Assembly (NCBI RefSeq): GCF_009914755.1
Contig: NC_060946.1
Direction: 5' to 3' (one strand)
Origin: the human T2T-CHM13v2.0 reference genome, Homo sapiens
DNA length: 64,000 nucleotides
Part shown: in pieces, positions 1 to 14,368 of the stretch
Numbering within the stretch: the stretch's first letter is position 1
Layout: every line of letters starts with the position of its first letter
Notes under the pieces: generated by a model
Databases searched by the model: none
What the model was told of the DNA's origin: nothing
Seen by the model: only the letters and a program-made list of their open reading frames with translations
Position numbers and translations under genes: made by a program

Positions 1-199
1 GAACAAACTAGAGGTTCCAGAAAGAACCATTCTTCTTTGTTCTTCCACTGGTTTGCTTATTCAGCCTCACAGCAGCCAGGCCTTGTCCCACAGGCCTTGG
101 TGTCTGAAAATTTGCTGGGGCAAGTGGAGAATCCTTTACCCCGTCCCTGCATGTGGGACCCTCTGGTGTGACCCTGGCCTCCAAGAGGACCGTGTTCAC

Positions 200-365
200 C
201 TTGAGATCTGAGTTCAAGGCCTGGGTCTGCTCCTGCCTTGCTGTGAGAACTTAGGCAAGGCATGGAGCCATGCTGTGCCTCAGTTTCCTCACCTGTGCAT
301 GACATGAGTGATGGTAATAATGAAAATGCCCTGTTGGGGCTATTTAGGGGTTAGATGTGGTCACA
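200..365 (+). mobile_element. MIR SINE fragment
   Basis: Core motif ctgtgcctcagtttcctcacctgt with MIR-like flanks; boundaries approximate. Confidence 0.7.
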
Positions 366-374
366 GGGACGGAG

Positions 375-472
375 TGCTCTGTGTCCAGTGCTCCAACGGG
401 AATCATTGCTCTGTGTCCGGCACTCCAACGGGAATCATTGCTCTGTGTCCAGTGCTCCAACGGGAATCATTG
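375..472. repeat. 32-bp minisatellite, 3 copies
   Basis: tgctctgtgtccagtgctccaacgggaatcat starts at 375, 407 and 439. Confidence 0.95.
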
Positions 473-492
473 TCGTTACCCTCTGTCTAGGG

Positions 493-717
493 CAGGGCCG
501 TCCCATTTTTTGGCTCCCTGGGCCACATTAAAAGAAAAAAATTGTCTCGAGCCACACATAAAATACACTAACACTAATGATGGCTGATGAGCTAAAAAAA
601 AAAATTTGCAAAAAAAAACTCATAATATTTTAAGAAAGTTTACAAATTTGTGTTGGGCCTCATTCAAAGCCATCCTGGGCTGCACGCGACCTGCAGGCAC
701 CAGGTTGGACTAACTTG
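493..717 (+). mobile_element. MER30 hAT-Charlie DNA transposon, full length
   Basis: Matches recalled MER30 consensus; perfect 8-bp TSD gtctaggg at 485-492 and 718-725. Confidence 0.9.
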
Positions 718-875
718 GTCTAGGGAATGATGCAGCCTCCAGCACCAACATCGCCCCTGGCTCAAGGAAAGGAGACATACCCTGTACACACCCCCAGCTC
801 CAACCCACTCTTGGGTCACTACCCAACTCTTGAGTCATTTCCAGGTCACCCCTTGGAAATGAGGGTGCTGGACTA

Positions 876-1316
876 AGTAGAGGTGACCACCACGGATTCT
901 TGCTTTCCTTCCAGAGTTTTTCTTGGGCAGCAGTTGATCATGCATGGACTACATTTCCCAGGTTCCTTTGCATCTAGGTAGGGCCATGTGACTAACTCTG
1001 ACCAAAAGACTGTGAGAAAAAGTGATGTGCATCACTTCAGGGCTGAAATGATTAACAAGCAGGTATGTCTCCTCGGTCTCTCTTTCCCCACCTGCCTGCT
1101 GAATGGAACAGAGTTCAAAGTAAGTGTTGAAAATGGTAGAGCCACAAGATAGAAGGAGCCTGAGTGCCTGAGTCACCGCATGGAGGCAGATTGCCCAACC
1201 AGAAATGCCAGCAGTGGGTTGTAACATTAGTGAGAAATAAACTTATACTGTGTTAAACCACTGAAGTGACAATTGCATCTGTTACAGCAGCTGGCATTGC
1301 CTTCCTTAACTATCAC
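876..1316 (+). mobile_element. MLT1 (I/J-like) MaLR LTR
   Basis: actacatttcccag...ggccatgtgact...gaaataaac...gttacagcagc MLT1 landmarks. Confidence 0.7.
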
Positions 1317-1404
1317 ATATACATTATACCTTTTTTTCAGTTGTATATGCATTATCTCATTTAACACTCAGCAAATTTCTAACACCAATGTGAGGTACTG
1401 ATCT

Positions 1405-1927
<523 letters not shown>

Positions 1928-2554
1928 TAGATATTTCAAGCCTTGATCTATAAGTGATGACAATGAAGCTCAGAGAAGGTCCATAACTTGGCCATGCTCC
2001 TGGAACTAGTAAGTGGCAGTGATTGGCTTAGAACCCAGATTTGTCTGGGTCCCATCTAGTGCTCTTGACCTACCCACATTGCTGCCTTGGTTGCCCTTTC
2101 CAATGGGCACTAAAGCTCTGACCCTGTTCCCATTCCCCAGTGTTACAGCGCCATGGCTGAAGGCAAATTTGGCATCCATAGAGTCTGTTATAATGCTAAA
2201 TAAATTTTTCTCTTGGCAGTCTTGACACTTATTAAGCACCTGGGAGGCTATTAGTGCCTTGTGCTGTCCAAAACACTCTTAATTACTGTCTAATCAAGGT
2301 ATCTTTCACTCTAGGAAAAAAAAAAAAAAAAAACAGAAAATGGGGGGGAGATGTTCATGCACACCACTTTTGAATCCTTTGCTGTGCATTTCCCTCCAGC
2401 CACCACATCCCCTGGGTGTCATTCAGGAAAGGGACTAAAGAAATGAAGATGGAGGGAAATGGTCTCTAAACAAGGCTTCATTTTCATCCAGCAATCTCAC
2501 TCCGTGGACTTGATCTGGAGGCAAAATGGAATGAGTGAATGATGAAGATGGACT

Positions 2555-2790
2555 TACCAGGATGCTGATCACAGTGGTGTTGGTCTCACAGAAAAATTGC
2601 AAACATCTGAAATGCCTGCCAACAGGACTCTGGTTAAATGAACTGTGGTGCATCCATGCAAAGGAGTACTATGCAGCCATTAAAAAGAAGAACATGGAAC
2701 CATTTGGGCTGATGCAGGCCAATCTACAGAAAAAGGGTGGTGCAGAACAGTGAGCCTCCTGTGAACCCATTTGTGTAAAAACATAAGGAC
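2555..2790 (+). mobile_element. Old L1 (L1ME-like) 3' fragment
   Basis: ggttaaatgaactgtggtgcatccatgcaaaggagtactatgcagccattaaaaag is typical of L1 ORF2 end/3' UTR. Confidence 0.7.
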
Positions 2791-2809
2791 ATAGTTTTAT
2801 TACAATTGT

Positions 2810-3050
2810 CAACATTTATTGAGGGATTAATACACACTATTTTAGGTAGTCAAATTCATTGCCTTATTTAGCCCTTGTAAGACTCCTATGAGGTAGAAAA
2901 TATTGTCATTCCCAATTTATAGATGAGGAAACTGAGGCTCAGAAAAATTTAGTAATGAGTGCCCAGGGTCACTTCTTTAGTGAGCGGTAAGCCTGGGATT
3001 CAAACTCAGGAAGTCTGAAAGCCACCACTAACCATTAAATGACACTGCTT
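2810..3050 (-). mobile_element. MIR
   Basis: tttatagatgaggaaactgaggctcaga core. Confidence 0.8.
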
Positions 3051-3799
3051 CCCCAACACACAAGGAGAATGATTGACAGGAGAGTTCCATTTCTTTGAAA
3101 TGGGGGAGATTTGGAGGTGCAAGGCATATAAGAGACTTCTGGGAATTGAGGGGATAGAGTTTTAACAGCCATATGGGGACAGGAGGCAAAGCCTGGAGCC
3201 CTCCAAAGGTGGAGTGCTGGAACTGAGACTGCTACCTAAAATCAGGGTCCCCAAAAGGCAATATTCTCAAATAAATAATGAAGTAAGGGAAAAATTGTAT
3301 GGCAGCAAAGGACAGCAACAAGGAATTTTGTCTGTCTTGGCTTGGGCTCAGGAAAAAAACAAACTCCCCTAAGACTGTATAACTATGGACCTGTGATCAT
3401 GGGAATTTGGTGTTTAAATTTGAACTACATGCACAGATGGGAACGCCCAAACTGAGAAAAACGTAAAAGCCAGACCAGGGGTGATGATATTATGGCAAGC
3501 AAGGCAGAAACAAATGCTCCACCAGACACCCTCAACCATGACATTCAAGATTCCCACAGATAATGCCATAAGATAAGCTTGCAATCCCAAATTATAAAAC
3601 CCATGAGAAAGCAAACACCATGAAAATGCCTGTAAGGTCACATGAGGAACTGTTAGCAGTGGTTGTCTTTGGAAAGTGGTAATGCAGGAATGAAGTAAAG
3701 CAAGTCTGGCTTTTTACTTAATACACATCTAAGGCAGTTTGAAGTTTCTTAGAGTAATGAGATTATAATGCTTTCTTCTTTCAGTTTTAAAATCAGAGA

Positions 3800-3834
3800 A
3801 TCACTTATCGGCCTTTTGGCTAAGAACAAGTGTA
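3800..3834 (+). pseudogene. 3'-truncated U2 snRNA retrofragment (U2 nt 1-35)
   Basis: atcacttatcggccttttggctaagaacaagtgta matches U2 ATCGCTTCTCGGCCTTTTGGCTAAGATCAAGTGTA at 32/35, followed by an A-rich tract. Confidence 0.85.
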
Positions 3835-4403
3835 AAATAAAAAATATTTGAACTGAAAAGAAAGAATGGAAGGAAGGAGGGAGAGAGGAAAGGAGAAAAA
3901 TTGGCTACAAGCCTCAGCCCCTACCTCCAAGATCACCCTCCTACCTCACCGTACACCAACTACGGGCTGTGGCCAATGAGTCTGGTGATGCTTCACAGGA
4001 AAGAGCTGGGGTCCTTCCCATTTGCCAAGCATGCATTCATGTATAGTAATCTGCCACTTTGTCTAAAATCCATGATTGAGGTTGGTGCCACTCAATTTCC
4101 TCCGACAGAAGGAAGTTCCAATTTTAATTCCTCTTTGGGCACCAATCTATCGACAATCTCATTGCTTCTACCTCTTCAGTATTCTTCAAGTCTCATTACA
4201 TTTGTCCATCCCCAGCCCCCTCTTCTGTCCCGAACACATCTCATGCCAGGCTCAGGACATGGTCATCCTGCCTCTCATGCTCACCCCACTAACCCATCCT
4301 CCAGGCAGCAGCCAGAGTGAGAGCCCCAAAATACAAATCAGATTACTGCCCTGCTTGGAATGCTGTGACAGGTTCCCTTTCACTCAGAATAAACTCTGAG
4401 ACT

Positions 4404-4648
4404 GGCCAGGCATGGTGGCTCACGCCTGTAATCCCAGCACTTTGGGAGGCCAAGGTAGTTGGATCCCCTGAGGTCAGGAGTTCAAGGCAAGCCTGGCCAA
4501 CGTCGTGAAACCCCATCTCTACTAAAAATACAAAAATTAGCTGGGCATGGTCTCCTTGAACCCAGGAGGCAGAGGTTGCAGTGAGCCAAGATCACACCAC
4601 TGCACTCTGGCCTGGGTGACAGAGCGAGACTCCATCTCAAAATAGTAA
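4404..4648 (+). mobile_element. AluS with ~50-bp internal deletion in right arm, inserted in an L2 relic
   Basis: ggcatggt joined directly to ctccttgaacccagg; TSD aaactctgaga at 4391-4401 and 4649-4659. Confidence 0.93.
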
Positions 4649-4956
4649 AAACTCTGAGATCCTTCCACAGCCAACAAGTGCTGGGGGATGCAGTCTCACT
4701 GATGGGTCTCAGGTCATCACCCTCCACTTCCCTGCCCTCTGTGCCCATGCCCTCACTCTGCTCCATTTACACTGGCCTCTCATCAGGCCTCACATACACC
4801 AGCTCAGGCCACCAAGTCTGCACGGAGAAGACACATCCTCTGTCTGGTCACTTTTCTTGCACAGAGAAACTCTTTTTCGTCTTTCACATTTAATAGTGAT
4901 GTCCTTGCCCTTGGACAGGCTCTCTGCACCCACCTAAAGCAGATGCTGAAGATCTC

Positions 4957-5460
4957 TGTGGTAGACAGAATAATGGCCTCCCAGAGACATCCATATCCTA
5001 ATCCTCAGAACCTGTGAATATGTTACTTTACCTGGCAATAGGAACTTTGCAAATGTGATTAAATTAATGACCTTCAGATTGGGGGTGGGAGGGCAGCGGT
5101 TATCCTGGATTATCTTGGTGGGCCAATGTCATCACAAGAGTCCTTGTAAGAGGAAGGCAGGAGGATTAGAGTCAGAGAAGGTGATGTAATGACAGAAACA
5201 GAGAGACTGGAAGATGCTACAATGCTGATTTTTAACATGGAGGAAAGTGTCACAAGCTAGGAATGTGAGTGGCCTGTAAAAGCTAGAAAAGGCAAGGAAA
5301 TGGATTTTCCTCCCCCTAGAGCCTCTGGATGGAACACAGCCCTGCTAACACCTCGATTTTAGCACTTCTGACCTCCAGAATTGTAAGATGGTAAATGTAT
5401 GTTGTTTAAAGACACTAAATCGGTGAAAATTTCTTGCAACAGCCACAGGAAACTAATACA
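4957..5460 (+). mobile_element. MLT1D MaLR LTR
   Basis: tgtggtagacagaataatggcc start and ggaaactaataca end, ~500 bp. Confidence 0.85.
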
Positions 5461-5469
5461 GTACCCGAC

Positions 5470-6181
5470 CTGTGTTCCTCATACCTGACCATCTCTGTAT
5501 TATCCAGGAAGTCCAAACACCAGCTCCAGGATTGCATTTCTGTTTTCGTGTTTTGTTTTGTTTTTTGTTTTTTGAGACGGAGACTTGCTCTGTCGCCCAG
5601 GCTGGAGTGCAGTTGCATGATCTCAGCTCACTGCAACCTCTGCCTCCTGGGTTCAAGTGATTCTCCTGCCTCAGCCTCCTAAGTAGCTGGGATTACAGGC
5701 ATGTACCACCACACCCGGCTAATTTTTGTATTTTTAGTAGAGATGGGGTTTTGCCGTGTTGGCCAGGCTGGTCTCAAACTCCTGACCTCAGGCGATCCTC
5801 CTGCCTCGGCCTCCCAAAGTGCTGGGATTACAGGCGTGAGCCACCGTGCCCGGCCAGGATTGCGTTTCTGGAACTGCAAAAGGCACACTGGAAGTGCTAA
5901 GAACTAATGGCTCTGGGAAGATAGTGTATCAATACCTCAGCTCCCTCTCCTCACAGGGCACACACCTCTGAGGAGTATATTCTACATGGTCTCCCTGAAG
6001 TCCTACAGGCTTGAACTCCAGCTGCCCATCATGGTAACTGGCTCGACCCACACTCCCTGTATTAGCTGCCTCCCTCTCCCTGTCTCACTGCCCCATCCCC
6101 CTTCAAGCACTTCCTGGAATCATTTCTCAAACAAACCACTTGCCTTTGAGTCCTCACCTCTGAGCAACCCAAACCAAGACC
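5470..6181 (+). mobile_element. LTR16-like ERVL LTR interrupted by an Alu
   Basis: cttcctggaatcatttctcaaacaaaccacttgc...ccaaaccaagac resembles LTR16 3' end. Confidence 0.6.
5543..5855 (-). mobile_element. AluSx-like, full length
   Basis: Complete dimer; TSD aggattgc(a/g)tttctg on both sides. Confidence 0.95.
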
Positions 6182-6477
6182 CTTCAGAAAGGGTTTTATT
6201 CTACACTGCACCCAGCACAGCTGTACCTCTGCATCTCCCCAACGGGTACGGCAGCCCCTCGAGGACAGGATGGTGTCTCCAGGTCCTGGCACAGGGCCTG
6301 GCATGCTGAACACACTGGATAAATATTTGTTGAGTTGCTGACTGAATAATTCAGCTCTTTAAAGAAAACAGAACATCTTCTGGAAGATGCACAGGCACTC
6401 ATACTGCCAAAGGGGCTTCCAAATTAGTGGTGGGAGTGGGTGCTGCTTTAATGGAGCCCAGATTTCTACTGCCATTA

Positions 6478-6952
<475 letters not shown>

Positions 6953-8130
6953 AGAAAGAGCCTGACCCTGCCACTGGTTCATCTGACACTCTAAGGGAAG
7001 CCTCTTAGTGGAATCAGGTGGTTTTCCACCTTCATGCCTTTGTCTCGGCCATGCGTTCTGCCTGGAATTCCTTTTATCTATCTCTAAAACAATGGTTTAT
7101 CTTTCAAGATTTGCCCCAAGCAGGATCTCTCTGGGGTCTTTTCTTTTCTCCTTCTAGGACTGCCCAACCTGAGTTCCCCTTTTCATCTCCATTGACACTT
7201 CGGGTGTTTTTGGATGTCTCTGACACTTCAGAGTGTTGCATCTGGAGCAGGAATCCTGTCTGTTTCTCTCCATGCCCCGACGCCTGGTATACAGTAGGTG
7301 GCCAATGCTTGCTGACATGTACAGCTTTTTCCTCCTTGGCTCTAAGCCTGAGAAGCTTGGAGGCTCACCCCATGCCCTCACCATACCTGGTCATAGCTGG
7401 GATCTCAGAGGCCCAAGGTCAAGTGCCAAGAGGATTCCTAGACTTCTGTAGAAGGAGAAAAGAAGAGATGGGGAGGGAACGCAAAGGAGCTGGGATGGCT
7501 GGACAAGGGACAACACCCCCCCACCAACAACCCACTCCTAGATCCTAGGGTGCCAAGTCAGCACTGGGTACCCTCGTCTTATCACCCATCAATACTGCAA
7601 AATACCTGGAAAGAACTCTCTCCATCCTGGCCACAAGATCCTACTGGGAAGCAAATTTCTGAATAAAGAGATGGAGACAGGGACCCCAGGTTCTGGATTT
7701 GGGGCAGAAGGCCCAAGACTTAGTCCATCATGTAGCTTCAGAGAAGTCCCATGAGCCAAGGTGGAAGAGACCAATAGACAGGTTCCAAATGCCCCTCCCG
7801 GCTGTCCCTCCTTGGCAGGAACTGGCCTGTCTCAGCCTTCCCACAGGGCAGCTGTCATGATTCAATGAGATGTGTTCACCTGCAAGAGGTCACTCATCCA
7901 ATCTGCACCCATCTAATGAGCACTTACTGTGTGCCAGGCACTGTCCTAGGCCTCCAGGGTTGGGCAAAAAACAAAATAGACAGGGACCCTTCATTTGTGA
8001 GGAAGAGGAAGACAGGGCATAGCAGAGTGGACAGGAGGGAAACAGGAAGAGGAGAAAGAGGCGGGCAGGGCAGTCCCTCAGAGTCTGGCAGATTGCTGAC
8101 AAGGTTGGGCTTGATTCTAAAGACAACAGG

Positions 8131-8377
8131 CTTTTGGAGGCTGAGACAGGTGGATCACCTGAACCCAGGAGAAGTTCAACACCAGCCTGGGCAACAAGGT
8201 GAAACCCCGCCTCTACAAAAAATACAAAAATTAGCCAGGTGTGTTGGTGCGTGCCTGTAGTCCCAGCTACTCGAGAGGCTACGGTGAGATAATTACCTGA
8301 GCCCAGGGAGGCCGAGGCTGTGGTGTGTTGATTGAGCCACTGCATTCCAGCCTGGGTGATGGAGTGAGACCCTGTCA
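8131..8377 (+). mobile_element. AluJ, 5'-truncated
   Basis: ggaggctgagacaggtggatcac...gagaccctgtc. Confidence 0.9.
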
Positions 8378-8565
8378 AGAAAGAAAGGGAAGGGAAGGGA
8401 GAGGGAGAGGGAGAGGGAAGGGGAGAGAGAGGGAAGGGAAGGGGAGAGAGAAGGAAGGGAAGGGAAGAGAGAGGGGAAGGGAGGGAGAGAAGAAAAGAAA
8501 AGAAGAAAGGAAAGAAGGAAGGAAGGAAGGAAGGAAGAGAGAGAGAAAAAGAAAGAAAGAAAGAA

Positions 8566-8657
<92 letters not shown>

Positions 8658-8762
8658 GAAGGAAAAAAAGAAATGGGAGGGAGGGAAAGAAGGAAGGAAG
8701 GAAAGGAAGGAAGGAAAGAGAGGAAGGGAGGGAGGGAGGGAAAGAAAGAGAGAGAGACAGAA
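8378..8762. repeat. Compound polypurine STR (GGGAGA/GGAA/GAAA) grown from the Alu tail
   Basis: Nearly pure A/G; (GAAA)n run at about 8597-8655. Confidence 0.95.
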
Positions 8763-9323
8763 AACAGGACACCCAGAGAAAATTTCTAGCACAATAGTAG
8801 CCTCCCCCAGTTTGTGCCCCTCCAAGGTGCCCAAAACGGGTGTATCCTTGTCTGGCATCCATGGGCATCTGGCCTTTTCCCCCTAATAACCATGCCTCCC
8901 CTTTCTACAGGCAGCTGCTTGCAACCTTTGAATGTTCCTGGCTCAGTCTCAAAAACTAGAATCCTTGGCCGCCCTCTGAAAGGGATTAAATCACTCAAAA
9001 ACAAAGTTAAACAACTTAGAGATAGTAGCAAGAACCACAACAAGGTGTAGCAAAGGATCCGCAGCCATCACACTGAGCCCTTGGTCACTGTCTGGGTGGA
9101 AGCACCCTGTTCTGCCCTGTCCTGGTTCTCTTTTATACTCCCAAGGAGAGTTCGTGCATTCTAGTAAATGCATCATCTTTCTTTGGGCCAGTTTGGCGTT
9201 GCACTTCCCTTCTTTCCAGATTATTTCATGAGGTGATCCTTGCTATTAACCAAACCTGCTCTGTACATGCCATGCTGGTATGAAGTTCAGTTGGCCACAA
9301 GGAGTGGGTGATCAAAATTTACA

Positions 9324-9575
9324 GGCTGAGGCAGGAGGATCACTTGAAGCTACGACTTCAAGACTGGCCTGAGCAACATTGCAAGACCCTATCTCTATAA
9401 AAATAAAAAATAGCCAGGTGTGGTGGTGTGTATCTAATAGTCCTAGCTACTCAGGAGGCTGAGATGGGAGGACCTCTTGAGTTCAGGAGTTTGAGCCTGC
9501 AGTGAGCTGTGATTGTGCCACTATACTCCAGCCTGGGTGACAGTACAAGACTCTGTTTAAAAAAAAAAAAAAAAA
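9324..9575 (+). mobile_element. AluJ, 5'-truncated
   Basis: aggctgaggcaggaggatcacttga...poly-A. Confidence 0.9.
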
Positions 9576-9580
9576 GGCCA

Positions 9581-9873
<293 letters not shown>

Positions 9874-11059
9874 TTAGCAGCCTCCCAGGGAAGGGTTTCT
9901 AGCCATCTGTTGATGTCCACTGACTCGGGAATCTTGGGGATTCCTGTTCTTCCTCCATCTGCACCCCCAGACTCAGGCATGTGAGTTGCTACCAGGCCAC
10001 CTTCTCACCAAGAGTCAGAAGATCTGCCCACAGAGCTGGGGAAGAGTTGGAGCTGTCATAAATAGTGAAGACTGGTGCACTCATTCTGGAAGCATCTTAT
10101 TGACAAACGAGTCAATGGTGTAGCTATAGCAGGCAGCCTTTTCCATCAGATTTCTCCTCTCAGCCAAACTCCTTGGCCTGTCCTCCAGGGCTTTTCATGG
10201 ACTTGTACCCACTGACTTTTTCTGACTCACATCCTTCCATATCCCAACTTCCCCTCTTTATTCCAGCCCCATCAGACCAGCCAGCAGTCCCTTTTCAGCC
10301 TCTGCACCTGTGCACATGCTGTTTCCTCTTTCTGTGCTGGGTAAATTCATGCGCAATACCCAGCTAAAATATCCCTTCCTCCAGGAAGCGCCTCTGGTCC
10401 TGAGTCTGTCTCTCACCTTAATCTGACATTCTGGGTCCATCTCCCCGACTGGACTAGAAGGTTCTTCAGGGTGTGAACTTTGTGTTTTACACCTTCACAT
10501 TTGGCCAGTTCCTGGTACCAGACGGTCCTGTGGAGTTACATAACGTAAGCTTCGGAGACTCAGTTTCGTCAACTGGATAATGGGATTATCATGCCAACCT
10601 CCTAGCATTGTGGGGAGGAGGGAATGAGCAAGGCCTGTGAAGCTCCGCACAGAAGCTGCCCCTCATAGCAGTCCCAGGGGTGGGCAGAACAGTGCCAGCC
10701 CCGACCTGGGGGGAGTGAGGATGACAACCAGTGTGCATCAGTCCCCTGCTGCAGAGGTGCAGACTATGGGTCATTCACTTCTTGTGGCTCAAAGCCACCT
10801 TCGTCTCCTGTCCTCCCCCTGACCCTGCAGAGGGAGCAGTCCCTGCCAGGTTAACACTCACTGACCTCATACCACACCGGTCAAGAGACCAAAAGGAGAA
10901 CTCATTTCCCAGCCAGGAGCCAGCTGTCCACACAGAAGTCACGAGGCTCAGCCCAGGTGAAAGCTGAGCCTGAGTCACGGAGGCGCCTGCCTCCTGCCCT
11001 CGGCCCTAGCAGGACTCAGACAGAACAGGGTGAGGCTCTCCCAGTTCCCAAGGACCTCC

Positions 11060-11230
11060 TGGTGCCAGGAGCTTCCCAGACGTCATCTCAAATCCCCGCA
11101 CCAGCCTGGTGAGGGGTGCACCCTTAGTATCCCCACTGTACAGATGGGAAAAATGAGGCTGAGTGTTGAATGACGTGCCCAAGGTCTCACAGCTGCTAAG
11201 TGGGGGAGCCAGGATTTGAACCTATGTCCC
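11060..11230 (-). mobile_element. MIR
   Basis: acagatgggaaaaatgaggct...cccaaggtc...ggatttgaacc. Confidence 0.7.
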
Positions 11231-11684
11231 TAGGACATTCTAGTCTTCTCCATTTCCTGACCTTGGTCAATTTCTGCTGTGGGTATTTTCAGCCTGGGCA
11301 CACCCTCCCCACCCCAACATCCACACTCTTTATTTAGGCGTGTAGCTGAGTGGGCCTTTGAGAAACAGCAGATAACGATACAGGTTCTCACCCAAAGCTC
11401 CGGGATGTTGTCTCCACCGAGGGTCAGAGGGTTGGGAGCCCAGCTCAGCCAGCCCCATAACTCACAGCCCGGACAGAAGGGGCTTGTGCTAGAAGATCGA
11501 GCCCCAGCTGATCCCCCTGCTGTGTGGAGAGGGTCAGGAATGGGCCCAGATCCACCCTCCCACCTGGCGACTGCATTTATTGAGTGCCTGCTCTAGTCGC
11601 CACCCAACAAGTGGCTTTCTTTCACTTCCATGCATGTGTCCCACATGATCCTGCCTCCCAGTCTTTATGCCCGCAGGCCTTCCC

Positions 11685-11950
11685 TCATCTACTTAGCAGA
11701 CATGCATTGAGCCCCTACTGTGTTAGGCACTGGGAAGAGAGCAGGGGACAAGGTGAACACAGTCTCTGCTCTGTTACCACGTGGAGGAAACACAATACAC
11801 AGCAAAGTGAACCAGTCGCTAAATAAGTCAAGATTGCATGGGGCTGCAGAGGAAACGAACTGAGCACTGTGCATCACGTGGGGGCAGTCAGGAGGGCTCC
11901 CTGGAGGAAGAGGCACCTGAGCTGAATGCCTAGAGATGAGAAGGCAAGGG
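11685..11950 (-). mobile_element. L2 3' fragment
   Basis: cattgagcccctactgtgttaggcactggg L2 3'-end motif on reverse strand. Confidence 0.6.
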
Positions 11951-13047
11951 TCTGGAGGAGGAGCATGGACTAGGGTTAATAAAGCAAGAGAAGCATTTGC
12001 ACAGTTCCTGCCATACAGTAGGGCTCCCTCAATGTCATTCATGCTGTCTGCCTAGTATAACACCATATAACCACACCATCCTTCAGCTACCGAGCACTTT
12101 ATAATTTATGTAGTGCAGAGCACTTCACAGTTTATATCGCATGTTCCCACTGAAGACCTTCTTAGCTCCTCACATCTGCCCTGAGGTGCAGATGAGGACA
12201 CTGAGGTTGAGAGGAAAATGTCACCCAAGGTCACACAGCCAGATGTCTCCCTCCTAGCCCAGGCCTCCTGCCTCTCTCTACCTGCCTCTCTACCTGCCTT
12301 TCCCTAGAAGGCAGCGGCTAGAGGACCTCTGCCTTCACCCCCTCACAGGCCCACCAGCCTCCTGGGAGGGAGGGCGGCTCTGCACCAGCCCATATATAAC
12401 CCACTCCATGCACCTTCTCCACATTAATAAATGGGGAACAGTGGGGTCATAAATCCTGGGGCTGCCAATGTCCCCGGGACCAGCTCTTTCTCTGGCCACG
12501 CACTAGTACTTTTTACAACCCATTAATTAGTCCCTCTAATAAAGTTTGACAAAATGATAACTTGCCCATGAAAAGTGTTGTAATAAATACATTTTCCCTA
12601 ACTTTTGACCGTTCGAGCATGGCCGCCTCATAAACCCTCTGCCACGGTTCACTGCCTTATTGTCTCTCTATATTTCTCCATCACCATGGAAGTTCAGGGC
12701 CTGGGGCCTCATGGACTCAGGACAGGCCTGGGCCTGATTCTGGGAACCCAGCATCACCAGGGAGACAGCCACGGGTGGTCCCTCCCCTGCTCAAGACCTG
12801 CAGCGGCTCCCACTCCCACAGGATGGCAGTTGCCAAGCTCCAGTCTCTCCTTCCTGAGTCCTGTTCTATCCATGTGGCCCCTGAACAAACTGTTTCTGGA
12901 CATTATGTTTCCTTCAAACTGATTCTCTTAAATAAATTTATTTTGCAAGGAAGCTTTAGAGCATCATTATGGAAAACTGGAAAAGCCGTATAACAATCAC
13001 TGAAAAGGAAATTAAAACAAACACAATGCAAACAAAAGATGTCATTA

Positions 13048-13349
<302 letters not shown>

Positions 13350-14033
13350 GTCACTAAATCTCAGACAACCATTACTGCTTTTTTTCCTGGCAATTTGAGC
13401 CCGAGGCCTGCCTTCTCTCTTTTTGTTGTAAAGGAAGGTCCATGGGGCTAGAGAGGCATTAAACACACATCAGCACCAAGCTGAGAGACTTTCTCCCCAG
13501 TGTAGACAGAGGGTCTGAAAAAGAATTTCAAGAAGAATGATGTCCCTTGGAGAGTCTCTGGGACTGAATGCCACATCCCTGTGCACCGCCCAAGAGGGTC
13601 CCGTGCAGCAGCCGGGATGGCACCCCGGTGGGCCTCGGGGTGGGAATCTGGTTAGAGAAGGGACTGAGGTCCCATCTGTAAGACCCTGGTACCTCGCCAG
13701 CCCACTGTGTTCCACATAGTAACATGAGACAGGGTTATTCCCATTGCACTGAAAGTTGAGAGAATGGTTATTGTTCCTAAGAAAGGGTAAAAACTCAAGA
13801 GCGGTTTGTGGGGAGCAGGCTGGAGAATTATCAGCGTTCACTCCCAGCCATCCAACATCATTTGTCTCTTCCCCCTCCCCATTTAGGGGAATTTATAACC
13901 AGCCATTGGCTTGGCATCTGATCGGCACTGTCCTCCGGATCTGCCTGGGATTCCCAGATTTCAGACCCAGGCTCTCTTAGGCTTCTCCACGCTCCTGTAC
14001 TATCCCAGCAGCAAGACCAGGTCAGCTCCCTAG

Positions 14034-14368
<335 letters not shown>

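Noticed and set aside
375-472. CRISPR-like array
   Set aside because: Head-to-tail repeats without spacers in primate DNA; no cas genes
3800-3834. Functional U2 snRNA gene
   Set aside because: Only the first 35 nt are present, with mismatches; no Sm site or 3' stem-loops
7890-8868. 322-aa and 191-aa Phe/Leu/Ser-rich ORFs
   Set aside because: Translations of an Alu plus polypurine STR
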